Assembly (NCBI GenBank): GCA_015065135.1
Contig: SVQY01000001.1
Span: 10,859 to 74,858 of the forward strand
Origin: Oscillospiraceae bacterium
Lineage (GTDB): Bacteria > Bacillota > Clostridia > Oscillospirales > CAG-272
Direction: 5' to 3'
Length of the DNA: 64,000 nt
Part shown: positions 18,017-27,641 of the stretch, in pieces
How the letters are laid out: every line of letters begins with the position of its first letter
Numbering within the stretch: the first letter of the stretch is position 1
The notes under the pieces: generated by a model
The model's input: the letters and a program-made list of their open reading frames with translations, nothing else
The model's database searches: none
Told to the model about the DNA's origin: nothing
Program-made: the position numbers and the translations under genes

Positions 18017-21000
18017 TTATCTTCCTCTTTTCTTTTTCATTCTGACGATCACGATGGATGATATCGCGCCGAGCGCCACCACTACAGTGCCGGCAGCAAT
18101 ACTGATCATAACGACCTGATCGCTGACCTCCCCCTGCTTATCGGCGCCTTGCGCGTTGCCGTTCGCATCGGGCGCATTACCCGTGCCGACACCGGTCGCC
18201 TCAATCTTTTCCTTTTCGGCCTTGCCGCAGACCAAGCATTTGTGCTGCTTGATGCCCTCGGCGGTGGCGGTGGGCTGCGTGATGATCTCCCACTCACCGA
18301 AATCATGCGCGGAGGTGGGCTCAACAGCGGAGCCACAGCCATATTGGCAAACAACGGAGCAAGCGTACCGGCCGGCGTGAGGCGTAGGTGTGACCGCCTC
18401 GCCGCAAAGCAAGCACGCGGTGTCACGGCAGACCACGTGGACACGATGCGCACTTTCCGGCTCCTTGGGTTCTCCGCAATACTTGCAGACAGAGGAGCAT
18501 TCGTGCAGACCAACATGACCCTCAGCGAAGGTCAGGACAGTGCCACAGCCATATCGACAGGTCGTGGAGCAAGCCTTTTTGCCCACGTGCTCTACGTGAG
18601 CGACTGCCTCGCCGCAGGCGCGGCAGCCGGCATCGCACTCATACAGGGTGGTATGATCCGCGGTAGGCGCGATCGCCGTACCGCAGCCGTGCTTGCAAAC
18701 GGTGGCGCAAGCGGCAACGCCCTCGTGCTCGGCGTGCTCAACCGCCTCGTTACAGCTCTTACAAAAGGCGTCGCAAGCATGATCGGTCTCATGCTCGGCA
18801 GTAGCCTCAATAGCAGTACCGCAGCCATACTTACAGGTGGTGGAGCAGGCCTTTTCGCCGACATGCTCCTCGTGCTCGATATCGATGCCGCAATGCATAC
18901 ACTTTGCAGAGCAGCGCTTCTCCCCCTCGTGGGGCTGCAGGGTCACCTTTTCACCGCACACATTACACTCGTCATCAGTGCAGACAGCGTCCTGCGTATG
19001 ATCTGCAGGAGCATCGGTTCTGATCTCACCGCACCACTTACAAATCGTGGCACAATCATGATCATATTCGTGCGCGCAGTCAAGCCATATGCGATAATAT
19101 GCGCCGGGGATCCACTCACCGTTGCGGAAATCGCGACCGCGAAGCTCGATACAATTCTCATAAACGGTTACAAAATAGCCCTGACTGCCGGGATCCGTGC
19201 CGACGCCGCCGTAAAGCTCGTCATTATCGGTCCAGAGATAGGAGACCGATGCGGTGTTGAACATATAGTTGGGCTGGGCTGCGGTAGCCTCGTAGATGTT
19301 ACCCACCGACTGCATGATCCAATGGCTGTGACCGCCAAACATCATGGCAGAGGGATACTGCTTCAGAATGTCGCGCAAAGGCGCCTCATACTGACCGTAC
19401 ATCTTACCGTGATCACTGAGGTTGCCGCCGCTCTCGGCCTGCCAGAGCTCAAAATTGACATCTCCTGCGATCACGCCGTGCCAACCCTGCCGTTTGCTGC
19501 CGTCCTCATTGGCAAGGCCGCCCGCGATCGTGTTATAAAGGGGCTGGTGGAGCATAATGAACACGGGTGCGCCGTCAGCGGCAACCGCCGCCAGCTTGCT
19601 TTCCAGCCAGGAGAGCTGCGCATCGCTGAGGTAGGCGTGGGTACCGCAGTACTCGGTTGCAAGAAAGATGAAATGCTGACCGCCGCGGTTGACGTAGTAA
19701 TAAGGGGTAGTGGTCTTCTCCGCCTCCGCAAGGCTCTTGTTGGCGTAAATGAGGAAGCGGTTCATCTGGGCTTCATAATCACTGCTGTAGTTATGACCGG
19801 CGGTGTCCTTCATCATCTCGTGGTTACCAACACCAATGTAAAGCTGCGGCTTCAGGCCGTTTGCATTGGCAGCGACCCACAGCTCAAGGAGCCGCTCATA
19901 CTCGGCCACCTGACCGTGATCGGCAGCATCGCCTGCCACAAAGATACCAACGCTGTCAGGGTCAAGCGCCATGATATCCGCAAACATCATATTGGCGTGC
20001 TTTTCGCTCATCACGTCGCCTTCGCCATCGGTATTGGTCCTGCCGATGTGCATATCGCTGACGATCTGGAAGGAGGTCACCTTGTCACCTGTCACGCGAT
20101 AGCTGCGGTCTGCGGGAAGTGTCGCGCCAACGGCATCGGCGCTGCCTGCGCCGTTATAGGCGCGTACCATCAGCTGCTTGGCGCCCTCGGGGATCACCAT
20201 ACTGTCGGTCAGCTCGATCACCGTCGTTGTGCCGACGACCTTACGGCTGCAGATCTCACCAAAGCCATCCAGCGCATTGCCCTCGGCATCGCCCCAGAAG
20301 AGCGCCACGTGAGTGGCTTTTTTGTACATCTCCATAGCGCTCTCCGCAAAGGTCACGGTCAGCTTGCCACCCGCAAGACCGGTGCTCTTGTCATCGAGCT
20401 CGTACTTCACCTCAGCAGGCTGCTCCGGCTTTTCGGCAGTAACGGTGATCGGAATATACGTATAGGGAGACGCAGCGGGAGCATCGCAATTATTCAAGCC
20501 CACGAAAATCACGTATTCGCCAACAGGAATATCGGCCTTGCTCGCGCCGCCACCGGTCAGCTTTGCCTCACGGATGTCAAAGGCCACACCCGATCCCAGC
20601 CCCTGCTCCTCTGCGTTGGCAGAGTCGGCTACAACATATCTCCAACGAATGGAGGTGCTTACCTTTTCGCCCGCCTTGGGAGCGACACCGATACCGACCC
20701 AGTCCTTGCCCGATCCGTAGCCCTTGACCATAATGGGCTCACCGTACTTGAACTCGGTCTTTTCCACGGTGGCACCGAGGATGTCGATATAAAGCTCGGT
20801 GCTCTTGTCTCTGTTTGCAAAAGCGCCGTTGTTAGGAACAAAATAGAGCACATAGCGACCTGCGGGCAGGTGCTTGATCGGCTCTGCAGCATTGCCGTTG
20901 ACAATACCCGCGCGAATATCATTGGCAACGCCAATACCCCTGCCGCCATTGGCGGTATCAATGTAGATGTAGCGAGTAGAGCGATTGATCGTTCCGTCAT

Positions 21001-21565
21001 CGGATACGGGAGAAATGCCGATCCAATCTGTGCCCGAGCCGGCCACAGGGATAACGTTGATCGCCTCGCCGTAGGTGAAGGCGGTCTTTTCCAGATGGAA
21101 CTTGTTCGCCACGGTAAAGGGCTTATAGATCACGTCGCCTGCCTTCACCGCACCGGGCAATCCCAGACTTTCGTCGGATACATAAAAAGCGAAATAGTCG
21201 CCGGCGGGAACAGCCAGCAGCGCAGCCCCGTCGGCAAGGCCAAGCTCGCCGGCGAGCGTATTGACATTATTGGCCTTCATCGCCGTTCCGGTGGTGATGG
21301 AGGTGTCATCCAGATCCCTCACATATTTCCAATAAAGACCGCCGTGATCGGTGATGGGTTCTCCGTCAGCATTGGCAGGCACAATACCGACCCAACCGGT
21401 GGTCGCGCCCTCCACGGAAAGCTTGATGCCGTCACCGACGTTATAGATCTCTTTGTCGGTGAAGATCGTAACGGAAGCGGTCGTTGCACCTGCGCTGAAT
21501 ACCATGGCAAGCACCATAGGCAATACCATACACAGGCATAGCAGCATAACAGCGATGCGTTTCAT
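18017..21565 (-). CDS. Large membrane-anchored surface protein: signal peptide, DW(I/V)GI beta-sandwich repeats, calcineurin-like metallophosphoesterase, Cys3His repeat stalk, C-terminal TM anchor (paralog A)
   Basis: Signal peptide MKRIAVMLLCLCMVLPMVLA. Three ~110-aa repeats carry YGE.I.V....DW(I/V)GI. MPE motifs are IVSDMHIG, GDAADHG, GNHE and GGHSHW. The C-terminal hydrophobic segment ends in KKKRGR. Confidence 0.8.
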   Translation of the reverse strand: MKRIAVMLLCLCMVLPMVLAMVFSAGATTASVTIFTDKEIYNVGDGIKLSVEGATTGWVGIVPANADGEPITDHGGLYWKYVRDLDDTSITTGTAMKANNVNTLAGELGLADGAALLAVPAGDYFAFYVSDESLGLPGAVKAGDVIYKPFTVANKFHLEKTAFTYGEAINVIPVAGSGTDWIGISPVSDDGTINRSTRYIYIDTANGGRGIGVANDIRAGIVNGNAAEPIKHLPAGRYVLYFVPNNGAFANRDKSTELYIDILGATVEKTEFKYGEPIMVKGYGSGKDWVGIGVAPKAGEKVSTSIRWRYVVADSANAEEQGLGSGVAFDIREAKLTGGGASKADIPVGEYVIFVGLNNCDAPAASPYTYIPITVTAEKPEQPAEVKYELDDKSTGLAGGKLTVTFAESAMEMYKKATHVALFWGDAEGNALDGFGEICSRKVVGTTTVIELTDSMVIPEGAKQLMVRAYNGAGSADAVGATLPADRSYRVTGDKVTSFQIVSDMHIGRTNTDGEGDVMSEKHANMMFADIMALDPDSVGIFVAGDAADHGQVAEYERLLELWVAANANGLKPQLYIGVGNHEMMKDTAGHNYSSDYEAQMNRFLIYANKSLAEAEKTTTPYYYVNRGGQHFIFLATEYCGTHAYLSDAQLSWLESKLAAVAADGAPVFIMLHQPLYNTIAGGLANEDGSKRQGWHGVIAGDVNFELWQAESGGNLSDHGKMYGQYEAPLRDILKQYPSAMMFGGHSHWIMQSVGNIYEATAAQPNYMFNTASVSYLWTDNDELYGGVGTDPGSQGYFVTVYENCIELRGRDFRNGEWIPGAYYRIWLDCAHEYDHDCATICKWCGEIRTDAPADHTQDAVCTDDECNVCGEKVTLQPHEGEKRCSAKCMHCGIDIEHEEHVGEKACSTTCKYGCGTAIEATAEHETDHACDAFCKSCNEAVEHAEHEGVAACATVCKHGCGTAIAPTADHTTLYECDAGCRACGEAVAHVEHVGKKACSTTCRYGCGTVLTFAEGHVGLHECSSVCKYCGEPKEPESAHRVHVVCRDTACLLCGEAVTPTPHAGRYACSVVCQYGCGSAVEPTSAHDFGEWEIITQPTATAEGIKQHKCLVCGKAEKEKIEATGVGTGNAPDANGNAQGADKQGEVSDQVVMISIAAGTVVVALGAISSIVIVRMKKKRGR
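18203..19081 (-). repeat. Region encoding about 11 tandem 21-24-aa Cys3His units of paralog A
   Basis: Repeated pattern H-x-G-x3-C-S-x2-C-x2/3-C-G-x8-H, for example HVGEKACSTTCKYGCGTAIEATAEH. The region ends with HDFGEWEIITQPTATAEG....KCLVCG. Confidence 0.75.
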
Positions 21566-21725
21566 AGACTTTTCTCCTTTTTTGTCATAAAAACACGCAC
21601 ACGTACGTGTTATTTAAGTTCATTGTAGCATAGTTGATGTAAAGTTGCAAGGATATTTGCGTTGGCATTTTATACGAAAAGAAAGCTTGAAAAATGGAAA
21701 ATTTTACAAAAAGCTGTTTGGAGAC

Positions 21726-21766
21726 AAAAAGCACCGCACCCCCGAACCTTCGGGGGTGCGGTGCTT
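21726..21766 (-). terminator. Intrinsic terminator after the DUF4097 gene
   Basis: Hairpin AGCACCGCACCCCCGAA...TTCGGGGGTGCGGTGCT with a T-run on the minus strand. Confidence 0.8.
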
Positions 21767-21781
21767 GTATACCCAAAAATA

Positions 21782-22744
21782 TCAACCGATCGTGATCCGG
21801 ATATCACCCGTATCGGTGGTGATCTCACATCTGCCGCCGGCGGTCGTGGCCGGCACCTCCTTGCTGCCCGTGTTGGTGTCAACGATGAACACCTTATCCG
21901 AACGAAGGCTGCCTATCACGTCACCCGTATTGGTCATCACCGACAGCTCGTCAGCATCGCAATGCTCAAAGCGTACATCACCGGTGCTTCTTTCCACTAA
22001 GAGCTTTTCTGCAACGATCACGTTTTTCAGCGAAATATCGCCGGTGCTGCCATCAGAGGTCAGGCCCTTGCAGGTCAGCTCCGAAAGAATGACCTTGCCC
22101 GTGGAAACGCTGATCGTCACATCCCCTGCGCAGGTTGTGGAAGTAACGGTAACGTCTCCCGTTGAGACCGAAAGCGCCAGCGAGGCAGCGGAAAGACCTT
22201 CCAACCGAATATCTCCTGTGCTCGCCGCGATCCGGATCGCCTGCGAGGCAGAGGCCTTGCACGACACATCCCCCGTGCTGAGTGCTATGTCGATGCTCCC
22301 GAAGCTGAGATCCTGCGGCAGCTCCACATCTCCCGTGCTGCCCTCGATCTTCAGTGTCGCATATGCCGTTTGGGGCAGGTAGACCGTCAGCCGTTCCCCT
22401 CTATCGTACCAGGAGATGTGCTCGTACCACTTTCTGCTATCGTTCGCACGCACCGTCAACGTACCGTTCTCCACAAGGACCGTGTGCTTCATATTGGTCT
22501 CCTCATAGCAGACCACACGGCACTTTTCATCCTCAGAGGGCAGGAACAAAACATCTGCCGTGTCGATTTTCAGCGATACGTTATCAAAATTTTCGATTAT
22601 TTCATAGGTATTGGTCTCATACTCCTTGCCGCTGAGCTTGGCAAAATCCCAGCTGGCAGATCCTGCCGCCACCAGAAAGATCACCGCGCCAAGCAAAATG
22701 AGAGAGACCGCCACCGCGATCCATACAGCCGTTGTCTTATTCAT
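21782..22744 (-). CDS. DUF4097-family beta-strand repeat protein (putative adhesin-like), N-terminal TM anchor
   Basis: Repeated STGD(V/I) strands and an N-terminal hydrophobic segment. Confidence 0.7.
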   Translation of the reverse strand: MNKTTAVWIAVAVSLILLGAVIFLVAAGSASWDFAKLSGKEYETNTYEIIENFDNVSLKIDTADVLFLPSEDEKCRVVCYEETNMKHTVLVENGTLTVRANDSRKWYEHISWYDRGERLTVYLPQTAYATLKIEGSTGDVELPQDLSFGSIDIALSTGDVSCKASASQAIRIAASTGDIRLEGLSAASLALSVSTGDVTVTSTTCAGDVTISVSTGKVILSELTCKGLTSDGSTGDISLKNVIVAEKLLVERSTGDVRFEHCDADELSVMTNTGDVIGSLRSDKVFIVDTNTGSKEVPATTAGGRCEITTDTGDIRITIG

Positions 22745-23342
22745 CGCCTTCCCTCCTTCTCAGCAAACACCTTTTGGCACCCAGAGCCATTCCCTTTGCC
22801 AAAAGCGCCGCGCCCTTGGTTGCCGCCTTGCATCCGAAAAAGAGCAGGATCGCAAGCCCGGCCAAAACAAGTCCCGCACCGATCATGACCAGTCCGGCTA
22901 ATGCGTTGCCGGTAACTATATACACGCAGCCGACCGTCACACCGCCGGCAGCTCCCGCAATGAACGAGCCGAATGCTGCCCAAAGCGAGACCACCACCGA
23001 CCACAGCGCTACATATAGCGAGAGTACTACAGCCAGCGCGGCAACGGCCAGCGAGAGCCAAATGGGAGAGCCGACTGCCAGCAGCACGATCTCCCAGGTA
23101 TTCAACCGCCGTTTCGGCTTGATCCTCTCCTTGGCAAGCCTGACAAAGGGGGTCTCGGCTATGATCTGCGCCGCGATCTCCTCTGCATCTCCCATTGCCG
23201 CAACAGCATCCGCCTCGCTCTGCCCTTCCTCCATGCGGTCCTCTATCATTTCGCCATAAAAGGCAAGGCGCTCCTCTATATCCCCCTCCGGCAGACCGGC
23301 AAGTCTTTTGCGCAGAAGATCGAGAAATTCGGCTTTATTCAT
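22737..23342 (-). CDS. DUF1700-family membrane protein
   Basis: N-terminus MNKAEFLDLLRKRLAGLPEGDIEERLAFYGEMIED is typical of DUF1700, followed by TM segments. The start was moved to ATG 23342, which overlaps the padR stop. Confidence 0.7.
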   Translation of the reverse strand: MNKAEFLDLLRKRLAGLPEGDIEERLAFYGEMIEDRMEEGQSEADAVAAMGDAEEIAAQIIAETPFVRLAKERIKPKRRLNTWEIVLLAVGSPIWLSLAVAALAVVLSLYVALWSVVVSLWAAFGSFIAGAAGGVTVGCVYIVTGNALAGLVMIGAGLVLAGLAILLFFGCKAATKGAALLAKGMALGAKRCLLRRREGDE

Positions 23343-23655
23343 TTTCCGCTTCCTCCTTTGTGATAAATTGATAGATCGACACGACCTCACGCCATTCGGC
23401 CTTGAATGCCTCGATGCGCGCAAGCCCCGCATCTGTGATATGATAGTATTTGCGCAGTCTCCCACCGTATTCGGCGGTCTGCACCGTCAGCATACCGGCA
23501 AGTTCCAGGCGCTTTAATATGGTATATAACGTGGACTCCGACATTTCTATATACGGCTTCATATCCTTGATGATCTGATAGCCGTAGGAATCCCTGCTCT
23601 TGATGGCGGTCAGCACCGAGACGTCCAGCAGACCGCGCTTCAATTGAATATCCAT
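23335..23655 (-). CDS. PadR-family transcriptional regulator
   Basis: 106 aa winged helix (SYGYQIIKDM...TLYTILKRLE). First gene of a PadR-DUF1700-DUF4097 operon. Confidence 0.85.
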   Translation of the reverse strand: MDIQLKRGLLDVSVLTAIKSRDSYGYQIIKDMKPYIEMSESTLYTILKRLELAGMLTVQTAEYGGRLRKYYHITDAGLARIEAFKAEWREVVSIYQFITKEEAENE

Positions 23656-23719
23656 AGCATACTCCTCCTTGCGTAATACATCATATCACGAAGTATTGTG
23701 ATTGTCAATAGGGGAAATA

Positions 23720-23761
23720 AAAAAGCGGCAGAAAGCTTTCGCTCCTGCCGCTGCTTTTTTT
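23720..23761 (-). terminator. Intrinsic terminator downstream of the GMP synthase subunit gene
   Basis: Stem AGCGGCAG/CTGCCGCT with T-runs on both strands. Confidence 0.6.
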
Positions 23762-23836
23762 AATTTAGCGGTCAAACGGTATCAAAAATCCACATCGAAC
23801 TTGAAAACCCTTGACTCAAAATTGCACTTGCGTTTA

Positions 23837-24844
23837 TTATTCCCACTCAATGGTGCCGGTGGGCTTGGGAGTCAGATCGTACAGCACGCGGTTGATGCCC
23901 TCCACCTCGTCGGTGATGCGGGCAACTATCTTGTGCAGCACCGCGTAGGGGATCTCTTCGATGGTGGCGGTCATTGCATCCTTGGTATTCACGGCACGGA
24001 TGATGGCGGGCCAGCCCTCATAGCGGCTTTCGTCCTTGACGCCGACGCTCTTGATATCGGGAATGGCAATAAAATACTGCCACACCTTCTCTGCAAGGCC
24101 GTTCTTATCAAACTCATCACGCAGGATGGCATCTGCCTCGCGCAGCGCGTGGAGACGATCACGGGTGATGGCGCCAAGGCAGCGAACACCGAGGCCGGGA
24201 CCGGGGAACGGCTGACGGTAGACCATAGCGTGGGGCAGACCCAGCGCCTCGCCAACCACACGGACCTCGTCCTTGAAGAGCAGCTTCAGCGGCTCGACCA
24301 GTGCAAACTTCAGATCCTCGGGCAGACCGCCCACGTTGTGATGGGACTTGACGGCCTTTTTGCCCTCTGCCTGCTTGATGCTTTCCAGAATGTCGGGATA
24401 AATGGTGCCCTGTGCGAGGAACTCAACGCCCTCCAGCTTGCGGGCCTCGTCAGCAAAGACCTCAATGAACTCCTTGCCAATGATCTTTCTCTTCTTTTCA
24501 GGCTCGGCCACGTCCTTCAGCAGATCCAGGAAGCGATCGGTTGCATCGACGTAGATCAGATTAGCATTCAGGGATTTGCCAAAAACATCGATCACCTGCT
24601 CGCTCTCACCCTTGCGCATCAGACCGTGATTCACGTGCACGCAGTAGAGCTGCTTGCCGATGGCCTTAATGAGCAGTGCGGCAACGACAGAGGAATCCAC
24701 GCCGCCGGAAAGTGCCAAAAGAACCTTCTTGTCACCCACCTGTGCGCGAACGGCAGCGACCTGCTCCTCGATAAAGGCGTTTGCCAGGTCAAAGTTGGTG
24801 ATGCGCTCCATATTCTCGGGGCGTTTGTTGCTGTTAAAATCCAT
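23837..24844 (-). CDS. guaA: GMP synthase ATP-pyrophosphatase (PP-loop) subunit; no glutamine amidotransferase domain
   Basis: PP-loop LALSGGVDSSV about 45 aa from the start and C-terminal ...PTGTIEWE. GGGAGG RBS before ATG 24844. 335 aa, against roughly 510-525 aa for fused GuaA. Confidence 0.8.
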   Translation of the reverse strand: MDFNSNKRPENMERITNFDLANAFIEEQVAAVRAQVGDKKVLLALSGGVDSSVVAALLIKAIGKQLYCVHVNHGLMRKGESEQVIDVFGKSLNANLIYVDATDRFLDLLKDVAEPEKKRKIIGKEFIEVFADEARKLEGVEFLAQGTIYPDILESIKQAEGKKAVKSHHNVGGLPEDLKFALVEPLKLLFKDEVRVVGEALGLPHAMVYRQPFPGPGLGVRCLGAITRDRLHALREADAILRDEFDKNGLAEKVWQYFIAIPDIKSVGVKDESRYEGWPAIIRAVNTKDAMTATIEEIPYAVLHKIVARITDEVEGINRVLYDLTPKPTGTIEWE

Positions 24845-25099
24845 ATTCCATTCCTCCCACACAAAAATTAAAATTTCTATGCACTTTATCATACCACAAA
24901 AACCGACATTTTGCAAGTGGTACAGCAAAGAAAATCCTTTGAAAATATAGAGAAATTTTGCTACTCTTCCCCCCTCTCTTTCGGCAGCATGAACAAAACC
25001 GTGAGCACGCAAAAAAGCGGTGGCGCCTGTTGACTTTTCCATAGAAAAGTATTATACTGTTTTCATTGTCGAAAATGGTGAAAAAGGAGGGAGAGGACC

Positions 25100-26461
25100 G
25101 TGAAAAGCACCGGGAACGATGCCGCATTTCTCGGCAACGAGAGCATTGGTCGGATCATGTGGAAGCTGGCGCCACCCGTGATGCTGGCGCAACTCGTCCA
25201 GGGGCTTTATAATATTGTAGACAGCGCCTTTGTGGGCAGATATGCCGGCGAAGGGCTCACCGGGCTTTCGGTCATCTTCCCCCTCCAGCTGATCATCTGC
25301 GCCCTTGCTGTTGGCACCGGTGTTGGCGTAAACACCTATATGGCCCGCCTTTACGCGCAAAACGATGTGAAAAAAGCGCAGCGGGTGGGCGGCATCGGTA
25401 TTCTGCTGGCCATCGGCACCTGGGCGATCTTCGCTCTGGTCTCCGCCCTTATTATGCGTCCTTATGCTATGACCGGCGCACGCGCTCCGGAGGCCATAGA
25501 TGCCGCCGTTATTTACGGCAACATCGTTTGCATCGGCAGCCTTGGTACCTTTCTGGAAAGTATGTTTTCCAAGATCCATCAATCCCGCGGCAATATGCGC
25601 CTGCCCGTCATCGCGCAGATCGTCGGTGCCGTGGTCAACATCATTCTGGACCCCATCCTGATCTTCGGCTTTGCCTTCATTCCCGAAATGGGCGTTGCCG
25701 GCGCTGCCATTGCCACCGTTGCGGGGCAATTCACCACCGCCGCCATTACCGCCCGCGGCGCCATCAGCGCCCCCGGCCCGCTCCGGGAGGCGTGGAAGCA
25801 TATCAAGACCATCTATCTGCTTGGCTACCCCTCTATTCTGATGCAGGCGCTCTACACCGTCTACATCGTTTTTCTCAACGCTATCCTTGCCACCTTCTCG
25901 GATGCGGCCGTAACCGTGCTGGGCCTTTACTACAAGCTGCAGACCTTTTTCTTCATTCCCATCAACGGTCTGCAGATCTGCATCGTACCGGTGCTCAGCT
26001 ACAATTTTGCGCAAAAAGCCTACAGACGGTGCCGGAAGATCATGTATTACTCCCTTGCCATCTGCCTCATCGTCATGTCCATCAGCCTGATCTTTTTCGT
26101 CTTTATGCCCCACACCATCATCTCGATGTTTTCCTCGGATGCGCTGGTACACGAGATCGGTGACGTAGCCTTCCGCATCATCGGCTGCGGCTTCCTTTCC
26201 GCTTGCTTCTCACTGATGCTGCCCGTCTTTTTTCAAGCCATCGGTCGCGGTGTACCCAGCGTGCTGCTTTCCCTGTGCCGCCAGATCTTCTGCCTGCCCA
26301 CTCTCTTCTATCTTTTCTCGCTGATCGGTCTCAACTACACCTGGATCGCCTTCCCTGCCGCCGAGACCATTGCAGGCGGCCTTGGCCTGCTGCTCTACCT
26401 CCGCACGGTGCGCCGCTGGCAACAGGAAACGGTTGACAAAGGGCTGCCGGACAAGGTATAA
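25100..26461 (+). CDS. MATE-family efflux transporter
   Basis: 453 aa, about 12 TM segments, N-terminal MWKLAPPVMLAQLVQGLYNIVDSAFVG motif. GTG start after AAAGGAGGGAG. Confidence 0.8.
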   Translation: MKSTGNDAAFLGNESIGRIMWKLAPPVMLAQLVQGLYNIVDSAFVGRYAGEGLTGLSVIFPLQLIICALAVGTGVGVNTYMARLYAQNDVKKAQRVGGIGILLAIGTWAIFALVSALIMRPYAMTGARAPEAIDAAVIYGNIVCIGSLGTFLESMFSKIHQSRGNMRLPVIAQIVGAVVNIILDPILIFGFAFIPEMGVAGAAIATVAGQFTTAAITARGAISAPGPLREAWKHIKTIYLLGYPSILMQALYTVYIVFLNAILATFSDAAVTVLGLYYKLQTFFFIPINGLQICIVPVLSYNFAQKAYRRCRKIMYYSLAICLIVMSISLIFFVFMPHTIISMFSSDALVHEIGDVAFRIIGCGFLSACFSLMLPVFFQAIGRGVPSVLLSLCRQIFCLPTLFYLFSLIGLNYTWIAFPAAETIAGGLGLLLYLRTVRRWQQETVDKGLPDKV

Positions 26462-26494
26462 TAGTAACAGACCATTTTGAAAGGAGGAATTCCC

Positions 26495-27526
26495 GTGGAG
26501 ATCATTACCGAAGCCGAATACCGCAAGCTGATCGGCAAGACCGCCGGACGCGCATTCCTCTTTTTTGGCGAAGAGGATTATCTCAAGGCCTACGACATCA
26601 AGGCTACCCGGGAGCAGGTCTGCCCCGATCCCTCCTTTGCGGTCTTTAACGATATCACGCTGGATGCCATCGATTTTACCGCAGATAAGCTGCTGGATGC
26701 GATGACACCGCCCCCTATGATGGCCGACGAGCGACTGATACTGGTGCGCGGTCTGGATTTTACCACCATCAAGACCGCCGAGCTGGACGCTCTCATCGAG
26801 GCGCTGGCCCTGCTCTCCGAATACGACTACAATACCGTGATCCTGCACGCCGCCGCAGGTATGCTGGACGAGGGCTATTTGCCAAAAAAGCCGGGAACGG
26901 TATTGAAAAAGCTGAGCGAGGTCGCCACGCCCGTACAGTTCCCCGTCTCCACGCCTGCCAGGCTGACCGCATGGGCGGGCAAGCATTTTCAGCACCTCGG
27001 CGTGACCGTTTCTCCTGCCGATTGCAGCTTTCTCATCTCCTTTGCGGGCAAGAGCATGTATCTGCTGGCAAGCGAGATCGAAAAGATCGCCTACTACGTG
27101 CTGGCAAACGGCCGCAGCATCGCTACCACCGAGGATATCCGCCTTTGCGCCGTGGCCGCCAACGACATGGACGCCTTTGCTCTCTCCAACGCCATTCTGG
27201 CAGGCAAGACAGACGAGGCGTTGGGCGTGCTTGGTGTGATGAAATTCGAGCGCATCGAGCCGGTGATCATCCTGGGAGAGCTTTCGCGCACTCTTTGCGA
27301 TATGCAGGCAACACGCCTGTACCTGGATGTCGGCAAAAGCGTGAAGGAGATCGCCGCGCTGTTTAAATGTCACGAGTACAAGGCAGGGCTGCTGGTCAAG
27401 GCAGTAAGCCGCGTTTCCCATGCGCGCCTTGTGCGTGCGGTCAGCCTATGCGCCGAGGCAGATTTCGCCCTCAAGCGCTCCTCCGGCGACTATGCCGCTC
27501 TGGAAAAGCTGATCTGCTCACTTTGA
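26495..27526 (+). CDS. holA: DNA polymerase III delta subunit
   Basis: Length and N-terminal pattern (FLFFGEEDYL) typical of HolA. The start was set at GTG 26495, 7 nt after AAGGAGG. Confidence 0.7.
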   Translation: MEIITEAEYRKLIGKTAGRAFLFFGEEDYLKAYDIKATREQVCPDPSFAVFNDITLDAIDFTADKLLDAMTPPPMMADERLILVRGLDFTTIKTAELDALIEALALLSEYDYNTVILHAAAGMLDEGYLPKKPGTVLKKLSEVATPVQFPVSTPARLTAWAGKHFQHLGVTVSPADCSFLISFAGKSMYLLASEIEKIAYYVLANGRSIATTEDIRLCAVAANDMDAFALSNAILAGKTDEALGVLGVMKFERIEPVIILGELSRTLCDMQATRLYLDVGKSVKEIAALFKCHEYKAGLLVKAVSRVSHARLVRAVSLCAEADFALKRSSGDYAALEKLICSL

Positions 27527-27534
27527 AGCATATT

Positions 27535-27579
27535 GCGAGATAGAAAAAGCCGCCCGACGGGCGGCTTTTTCTATCTCGC
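27535..27579. terminator. Perfect 21-bp-arm hairpin terminator after holA
   Basis: GCGAGATAGAAAAAGCCGCCC-gac-GGGCGGCTTTTTCTATCTCGC. Confidence 0.8.
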
Positions 27580-27582
27580 ATC

Positions 27583-27610
27583 TTGACAATTTCTCATAAT
27601 GAGTTATAAT
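27583..27610 (+). promoter_or_regulatory. Promoter of the PRTase-aspS unit
   Basis: TTGACA (27583-27588), 16 nt, TATAAT (27605-27610). Confidence 0.6.
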
Positions 27611-27641
27611 ATAATTATCTATGTAATAAAGGAGGCTCCTC

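Noticed and set aside
18149-21541. 1130-aa ORF on the plus strand, antisense to the surface phosphoesterase gene. Similar shadow ORFs are 59869..62244 (791 aa), 3703..5862 (719 aa), 27615..29588 (657 aa), 38576..40387 (603 aa), 10409..11842, 44422..45927, 7549..8859, 54491..55828, 53157..54389, 26210..27421, 15760..16944 and 23702..24871.
   Set aside because: Each lies exactly opposite a gene with clear family motifs. Their translations are low-complexity (rich in G, A, V, L, H, Q), with no RBS and no recognisable domain. In GC-rich genes with GC-rich third positions, the sense codons TTA, CTA and TCA that would create antisense stops are rare, so long antisense ORFs are expected artefacts.
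24845-25099. Expected purine/guanine riboswitch in the guaA 5' region.
   Set aside because: Reading the minus strand, I found no UAUAAU...GUUUCUACC...CCGUAAA-type three-way junction core. Only promoter-like boxes for the divergent MATE gene and guaA are visible.
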